From Deltaproteobacteria bacterium (GTDB lineage Bacteria > Desulfobacterota > GWC2-55-46): a stretch of 64,000 nt of DNA. Within the stretch, counting starts at the first letter, position 1, and every line of letters begins with the position of its first letter. The DNA lies in the NCBI GenBank assembly GCA_016177845.1, contig JACOUO010000011.1, positions 512,326 to 576,325 of the forward strand, in the 5' to 3' direction. Below are positions 58,381 through 64,000 of this stretch, one piece after another. A model generated the notes under the pieces. It was not told the DNA's origin and made no database searches. It saw nothing but the letters and a program-made list of their open reading frames with translations. Both the position numbers and the translations under genes were made by a program.

Positions 58381-59337
58381 CTATTTACCGCAAAGCTCTA
58401 TGATAAGCTTTGAGAATACTATCTGCTCTGGAAGACGGCCTGTTTTAAGGTCGGTATCAGCCCTGTAGAGTTTCTCCATTGCTGTCATAAGTTCAGGTTC
58501 GGTAAACTGTCTGCCCGCCCTTACAAAATTATCCACCACAAAAGGCGGAACACCGAGCGCGGACGGGTATTGCCTTGGGTCAGCCTTTTTCCTCTGAAGG
58601 GCCTTAAGCTTAAGAAGTATCCTCATCTGTCTTGAAATAGCCCCAAGCACCTTTATAAGAGGCTCCCGTGAGATCTTATCGTATATCTTAAGCGCCCTCT
58701 TCAAATCCTTTGCCGCTATGGCGTCAGACAGGCCGAATATCGTCTCTTCCTTGCAATCTATCCCCGCATCCTCTACATCGCTGTCCTTTACCTCAGGGGC
58801 ATTGCCTACAAAGAGTATTATCTTATCAAGCTCGCCTTTTATGTCCCTTAGCCTGTTGCCTGCTGTTGCAAGGAGCCTCTGGGCAGCGGTATCGGAAATC
58901 GTTTTGCCCTGCGCCTTTGCGTCATTTTTTATCCATGCCAGCAGTTCTCTCTCGCTTAAGGTATTACAAGGCTTAAGGTAGCCTTTCTCAGTGAGGGTCT
59001 TGAAGAACGGAGAGTTGCGCTCCACTTTGGCGGCATCGGATACAAATACAAGACAGGTGGAAGACGAAGGATTTTTTATGTACTGGTGAAGGGGCTCAAG
59101 CTGGGCAGCCTTTATGGATTCAGCGCCTTTTACAAGCACAAGCCTTGTATCGGCAAACGCAGGCATGGTGGAGGCAGCGGATATTACTTCCCCGGCATCA
59201 AGGGACTTTGCCTCAAATGCCTGGTAATTCATCGAGGCGAAAGGGCCTGTGAGGGCCTCCTTCTTTATGCCTTCAAGCGCCTCCTGAACAAGATAATCAT
59301 CGGAGCCGAATATATAATAGACAGGTTTTAATGCCAT
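58381..59337 (-). CDS. holA: DNA polymerase III delta subunit
   Basis: PVYYIFG, MPAFADTRLV, ELDKI, IFGLSDA, DTDLKTG; leuS-lptE-holA synteny. Confidence 0.92.
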   Translation of the reverse strand: MALKPVYYIFGSDDYLVQEALEGIKKEALTGPFASMNYQAFEAKSLDAGEVISAASTMPAFADTRLVLVKGAESIKAAQLEPLHQYIKNPSSSTCLVFVSDAAKVERNSPFFKTLTEKGYLKPCNTLSERELLAWIKNDAKAQGKTISDTAAQRLLATAGNRLRDIKGELDKIILFVGNAPEVKDSDVEDAGIDCKEETIFGLSDAIAAKDLKRALKIYDKISREPLIKVLGAISRQMRILLKLKALQRKKADPRQYPSALGVPPFVVDNFVRAGRQFTEPELMTAMEKLYRADTDLKTGRLPEQIVFSKLIIELCGK

Positions 59338-59408
59338 ATTTTTTTGAAAAATGCCTGATTAAGGGACGATAAAGGGGTAAATCAATTCGGGGTTGCCCTG
59401 CTCCGGGT

Positions 59409-59921
59409 TTAAAACCTCTCCAACATGCGTTCCTTTGTTGCCCTTGCGGTGTCCTTTGAAAGCTTTCTTAGAGCCGCTGTCTCCGCGTCCCTTGTCGCCG
59501 AGACATCGTTTATGTTTACGGTAAAGTCCTCATAATCAGTAATATTTTCTTCTATCCAGTACATCCTTCCAGTCTCTTTGTCAAATAAGCGGACATCGAT
59601 GACGACCGTAAGCCTGTATTCCTGGTTCACATCGCTTTTCGTAAAGGATACAGGGTTTAAGGCGTATGACTTGATTGTGCCCTGAAGCAGGAACTCGCTC
59701 TCGTTCAAGACCTCAACGGTAGTAATAAACTCATTTACAAAAGCCGATGTGATAGTAGCCTCAATATCAGGCTTGGAGGTCGTATTGGTGAATACCGGTA
59801 TTGAAAGCTCTTTGATGCCGCCGGGCATTGCTCCGCCTTTGCCGGCCACATGATAACCGCAACCGCTGACAACAGCGGCGAAGAAAACGGCAACAAGCAG
59901 CATTAAAGGGTTCTTCAACAT
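59409..59921 (-). CDS. lptE: LPS assembly lipoprotein LptE
   Basis: Lipobox VSGCGY, IPVFTN, EYRL; between leuS and holA. Confidence 0.88.
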   Translation of the reverse strand: MLKNPLMLLVAVFFAAVVSGCGYHVAGKGGAMPGGIKELSIPVFTNTTSKPDIEATITSAFVNEFITTVEVLNESEFLLQGTIKSYALNPVSFTKSDVNQEYRLTVVIDVRLFDKETGRMYWIEENITDYEDFTVNINDVSATRDAETAALRKLSKDTARATKERMLERF

Positions 59922-62500
59922 CAGGCAACCACCATATTAACAATCTTATTCGGGACATAGACAAACTTCTTTACCTCTTTGCCCTTTGTCCACTCTACCG
60001 CTTTTTCATCCTTCATCACAAGCTCTTTTACAGCATCTTCGCCTGAGCCAGCGGGCACGCTTATCTTGCTCCTGACCTTGCCGTTTATCTGGATAACGAT
60101 AGTGACCTCTTCTTTAACGAGTGCGCCTTCATTGACTGCAGGCCAAGGCGTCCTGAAAACAGGCGTATCATGCCCAAGCTTTCTCCAAAGCTCTTCGGAG
60201 ATATGGGGCGCGAACGGGGCAATAAGGAGGACAACCGCCTCAACTGCTTCCCTGAATACCTTTGCGTCTATTTCCGAGTTCCTGTTCTGGAACTGGTACA
60301 GGGCATTTACAAGCTCCATTATCGAGCTTATGGCAGTATTGAAATGGAACCTCTCGCCGATATCCTGCGTCACCTTGCTTATTGTCTTATGCGTGACATG
60401 GTGGATATCTTTAGGCGCGCCCTCAAGGGAGCCGTCTTTCGAAGCATTATACGGTGCAGTCCTGTTAAGCTCTTCAAGGTTTTCTACGACAAGCCTCCAG
60501 ACCCTTCCAAGGAACCTGGATGCGCCTTCGACACCCTCCTCGTTCCAGTCGAGGTCTTTCTCAGGAGGGGCGGCAAAGAGCGAGAACAGCCTTGTGGTAT
60601 CCGCGCCGTATCTGCTTATTATCTTATCAGGGTCAACGACATTCTTTTTTGACTTGGACATCTTCTCAACCGCGCCGATTATAGCGGCCTTGCCGCACAT
60701 CACGCATTTGCCGTCCTTCACCTCTTCAGGGTACAGATAGCCGTGCTCAGGGCATTTTACGATTTCCTTGCAGACCATTCCCTGGGTAAGGAGGTTTTTA
60801 AACGGCTCATCAAAGTCATGCAGCCCAAGGTCTCTCAAGGCCTTGGTAAAAAACCTTGAATACAGAAGATGAAGTACTGCGTGCTCAATGCCGCCTATGT
60901 ACTGGTCAACAGGCATCCAGTATCTTGCCTCGTTCTTATCAAACGGGAGTCTGTCATTCTTAGGGGAAATATATCTGAGGAAGTACCACGAAGAGTCAAC
61001 AAAGGTATCCATGGTATCTGTCTCACGCCTTGCGGAAGAACCGCAGTTCGGGCATTTCACATTGGCAAAGTCAGCGGCTGAGGCAAGGGGTGACAAGCCT
61101 TTTCCGGTAAGCACGACATTTTCCGGCAGTATTACGGGAAGCTGGTCATCAGGCACCGGCACTGTGCCGCACTTGTCGCAATATATCATGGGTATGGGGC
61201 AGCCCCAGTATCTCTGCCTTGAGATACCCCAGTCCCTGAGCTTGTAATTGATTGACCTTTTGCCTGCCTTTTTCTCTTCAAGGTGGTCTATGATGGCATC
61301 CATAGCCGCCGTATTAGGGAGGCCGTCAAAAATCCCTGAATTTGCCATTATGCCTTCATCGACATATGCCTTATCCATTGAAGCAGGGTCAAGCTCTACA
61401 TCAGCCGGGTTTATGACCACTTTTATCGGAAGCCCGTAGACCTTTGCGAACTCAAAGTCCCTCTGGTCGTGGGCAGGCACTGCCATGACCGCGCCTGTAC
61501 CGTACTCCATCAGTACGAAATTGGCAACATATACAGGCACCTTATCTCCGGTAAGCGGATTAATGCAATAAGTTCCCGTAAATACGCCCTCTTTTACAAT
61601 GTCCTCTGGGTTTATCCTCTGGTTCTTTGATTCGCCTTTGACCTTTGCTACAAACTTCTCAACCTCTTCCCTTCTGTCGGGAGTGGTTATCTTTTCTATT
61701 GCAGGATGTCCCGCAGCAAGGCTCATGAATGTTACGCCAAAAAGGGTATCAGGCCTTGTCGTGAATATCTTTATTGATTCATCAGAGCCTTCGAGCCTGA
61801 AATAAACCTCCGCGCCAGTGCTCTTGCCAATCCAGTTCCTCTGCATGATAAGGACCTTTTCAGGCCAGCCCGGCATCCTGTTAGTGCAGTCAAGCAGTTC
61901 CTCGGCGTATTCGGTAATCTTGAAAAACCACTGCTCAAGCTCTTTTATCTCAACTACTGAATCGCACCTCCAGCAAAGCCCGTCCTCGACCTGTTCATTT
62001 GCCAGAACAGTTGAACAGCCGGGACACCAGTTGACAGAAGAGCGTTTCTTATAGGCAAGCCCTTTCTCGTAGAGCTTGAGGAATAGCCATTGGTTCCATC
62101 TATAATATTCAGGGGAGCAGGTAGCGACCTCCCTGTCCCAGTCGTAGCTCAGGCCCATGCGCATGAGCTGTTTTTTCATATTCTCTATATTTTCATATGT
62201 CCATTTGGCAGGATGGATTCCGTGCTGGATGGCTGCGTTCTCAGCGGGAAGGCCGAAGGAATCCCATCCCATGGGATGAAGGACATTCTTGCCCCTCATC
62301 ATCAGGAACCTTGATATTACATCCCCGATGGAATAGTTCCTGACATGGCCCATGTGTATCTTGCCTGACGGGTAGGGGAACATCTCAAGGACATAGTACT
62401 TTTCCTTTTCAACGGTATCCTTTGTGCTGAATGCCTTGTCCTTTTCCCATACGGACTGCCACTGGGACTCGATAGCCTTATGATCGTATTTCTCAGTCAT
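59921..62500 (-). CDS. leuS: Leucine--tRNA ligase
   Basis: MFPYPSG, HMGH, KMSKS, editing domain. Confidence 0.98.
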   Translation of the reverse strand: MTEKYDHKAIESQWQSVWEKDKAFSTKDTVEKEKYYVLEMFPYPSGKIHMGHVRNYSIGDVISRFLMMRGKNVLHPMGWDSFGLPAENAAIQHGIHPAKWTYENIENMKKQLMRMGLSYDWDREVATCSPEYYRWNQWLFLKLYEKGLAYKKRSSVNWCPGCSTVLANEQVEDGLCWRCDSVVEIKELEQWFFKITEYAEELLDCTNRMPGWPEKVLIMQRNWIGKSTGAEVYFRLEGSDESIKIFTTRPDTLFGVTFMSLAAGHPAIEKITTPDRREEVEKFVAKVKGESKNQRINPEDIVKEGVFTGTYCINPLTGDKVPVYVANFVLMEYGTGAVMAVPAHDQRDFEFAKVYGLPIKVVINPADVELDPASMDKAYVDEGIMANSGIFDGLPNTAAMDAIIDHLEEKKAGKRSINYKLRDWGISRQRYWGCPIPMIYCDKCGTVPVPDDQLPVILPENVVLTGKGLSPLASAADFANVKCPNCGSSARRETDTMDTFVDSSWYFLRYISPKNDRLPFDKNEARYWMPVDQYIGGIEHAVLHLLYSRFFTKALRDLGLHDFDEPFKNLLTQGMVCKEIVKCPEHGYLYPEEVKDGKCVMCGKAAIIGAVEKMSKSKKNVVDPDKIISRYGADTTRLFSLFAAPPEKDLDWNEEGVEGASRFLGRVWRLVVENLEELNRTAPYNASKDGSLEGAPKDIHHVTHKTISKVTQDIGERFHFNTAISSIMELVNALYQFQNRNSEIDAKVFREAVEAVVLLIAPFAPHISEELWRKLGHDTPVFRTPWPAVNEGALVKEEVTIVIQINGKVRSKISVPAGSGEDAVKELVMKDEKAVEWTKGKEVKKFVYVPNKIVNMVVA

Positions 62501-62615
62501 TTATCCCCTCTTTGAAGAAGAAAATTTCAATTAGCCCAATTGGATTTTTTACCATTAAACAGACAATTTTTCAAACAAAAAAGGGGATTTGCAAGGGATA
62601 GAGGTGAGTTGGAAA

Positions 62616-63032
62616 TTATTTGAGGTGGCATTCAAGGCACAGGCGGCTCCCTGTGTTATCCATCACAAGCATGGGATCAGGCGCAGGCGGGGAATTTTGC
62701 CTGATGAGTGAAAGGAGCTGATGGTTTGTCTGGGAATAAGGCACATGGCATGTACCGCAGCCTATTGTGTTGGAGTAGAGCTTAATACTTGGCAAAAGGG
62801 AGCTGGCGGGCCTTAAGCCTTTGTTGGTGGCGGCAATGGCAGCATAATCAACTCCTATTGGGTGGTCGCAGTCAGGCAAAGAGCAAACGCTTAAGGTAAT
62901 ATCGCTTGCTATCGCGGCATCGTGGCAGCTCATGCATTCTATTGTCTCCATATCAAGCGCGCCTGCTTCAGAGAATGCGCCAATAAACATATAAACACAG
63001 ACAGTCATCAGAAGAAGTTTACACTTTTTCAT
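62616..63032 (-). CDS. Periplasmic triheme cytochrome c (doubled-CXXCH family)
   Basis: Signal peptide; CMSCH, CGTCH, CLECH; HPIG. Confidence 0.88.
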   Translation of the reverse strand: MKKCKLLLMTVCVYMFIGAFSEAGALDMETIECMSCHDAAIASDITLSVCSLPDCDHPIGVDYAAIAATNKGLRPASSLLPSIKLYSNTIGCGTCHVPYSQTNHQLLSLIRQNSPPAPDPMLVMDNTGSRLCLECHLK

Positions 63033-63204
63033 GTCCTCTCCGAACCTGCCTTTTGAGGTATTCAGAAAATTATTCAGAGCTTAACAGCAAAGGCGATTAT
63101 GTCAAGTTGAAGGATTTCCGTTTATTCTACAAACAATTACAAACACGAAAAACTTGGCTTTAATTATTTTCGGCTATCTGCTAATATTGCTTTGGAGGTA
63201 CTTT

Positions 63205-63738
63205 ATGAGGCGGATAATATTACTCGTACTGCTTGTTTTTATGATTACGGGATGCTCAGGGAAAAACGGCAGCAAAGAAGCTGAACAGCTTAACCTTGAG
63301 CCTAAGGTCGGGGCAGCGGCAACTGATTTCCTATACAGGGACATGGATGAGAAGCCCTTCAGATTATCAGGGAAGAAAGGCTCGGTCGTGCTCCTGTATT
63401 TCTGGAGGATGAAGTGCGAAGACTGCAAGGACGCTATGAAGTCCCTTGAAGAGCTTCACCTTAAATATAAGGACAACGGGCTTATCGTAGCAGCAGTAGG
63501 GGCTGACACGATGCACAGCTCTCCGATAAACGATGTCCGGGAATTTCTTTCAAGGAACAAATTTACCTTTATTGCCATGCGTGATGATGAAGGCTTTGTT
63601 TCAGAGGCTTTCGGGGTCATACAGGCCCCTGTGGCCTATGTGATAGACAAAAACGGCGTGATAGCCGCCATTGTAAAAGGAAAAACAGACTGGATGAGCG
63701 CAGAGAACACAAAGCTCATCGAATCTCTCCTGAAATAA
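63205..63738 (+). CDS. TlpA/ResA-like thiol-disulfide oxidoreductase lipoprotein
   Basis: Lipobox ITGC, FW..CEDC, cis-Pro AP, IDKNG; ATG 63205 after GGAGGT. Confidence 0.88.
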   Translation: MRRIILLVLLVFMITGCSGKNGSKEAEQLNLEPKVGAAATDFLYRDMDEKPFRLSGKKGSVVLLYFWRMKCEDCKDAMKSLEELHLKYKDNGLIVAAVGADTMHSSPINDVREFLSRNKFTFIAMRDDEGFVSEAFGVIQAPVAYVIDKNGVIAAIVKGKTDWMSAENTKLIESLLK

Positions 63739-63750
63739 CCTTCACACACC

Positions 63751-63779
63751 AAGCCCTGCCTGAAAAGGCAGGGCTTTTT
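63751..63779 (+). terminator. Intrinsic terminator
   Basis: AAGCCCTGCCT-GAAA-AGGCAGGGCTTTTT. Confidence 0.88.
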
Positions 63780-63808
63780 ATATTTCCAACGGAGGAGATT
63801 AAATACCG

Positions 63809-64000
63809 ATGATAGAAGCCATTAGAAAGAGAAGGTCTGTAAGGGCATTTCTGAAAAAAGCGGTTGAAGAGGAAAAGCTTAAGGAAATACTGCGCTCAGC
63901 CATGTTTGCGCCCACATCATGGGGCACAAAGGCATGGGAGTTCATAATCGTAAAAGAACCTGACACAAAAAAAATGCTTTCAGAGGCAACCGCACACGCA
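63809..64000 (+). CDS. Nitroreductase family protein (runs off window)
   Basis: Manual translation MIEAIRKRRSVRAF...ILRSAMFAPTSWGTKAWEFIIV; GGAGGAG SD. Confidence 0.88.
   Translation, partial: MIEAIRKRRSVRAFLKKAVEEEKLKEILRSAMFAPTSWGTKAWEFIIVKEPDTKKMLSEATAHA

Overview
Chromosomal window of a Gram-negative, flagellated bacterium. Gene style suggests a deltaproteobacterium/Desulfobacterota-like lineage (inference only). 1-19.1 kb: a minus-strand flagellar cluster (fliN-M-L, flgE-D, fliK, MotE-like, fliJ-I-H-G-F-E, flgC-B). It carries two sigma54 enhancer-binding regulators, a sensor-less histidine kinase and a TPR protein. Four clear sigma54 promoters and two distinct classes of enhancer motif are readable. 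19-31 kb: peptidase, NupC, YjbQ, flavodiiron protein, ABC exporter, lytic transglycosylase with an unannotated Cys/His microprotein, orphan PilB/GspE ATPase, tRNA-Gly(CCC). 31-33 kb: an AT-rich solo OLD-family nuclease. 33-41 kb: a probable arginine/proline catabolic cluster (ALDH, class III aminotransferase, ArcE-like arginine synthetase, proline dehydrogenase), interleaved with a ferritin-like protein, a Cys/His repeat microprotein and a PAP2-ArnT fusion. 41-45 kb: DUF4388 plus a multi-GAF/degenerate-GGDEF protein in one operon with moaD-moaE-mog. 45-64 kb: housekeeping genes (proAB, obgE, rpmA, rplU, selA, mobAB, mazG, murJ, rpsT, holA, lptE, leuS), a DnaA-box/Fis-site cluster between mazG and murJ, and several apparently leaderless genes. 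No CRISPR array, integrase or transposase was seen. All family calls come from motif recognition, not database searches.
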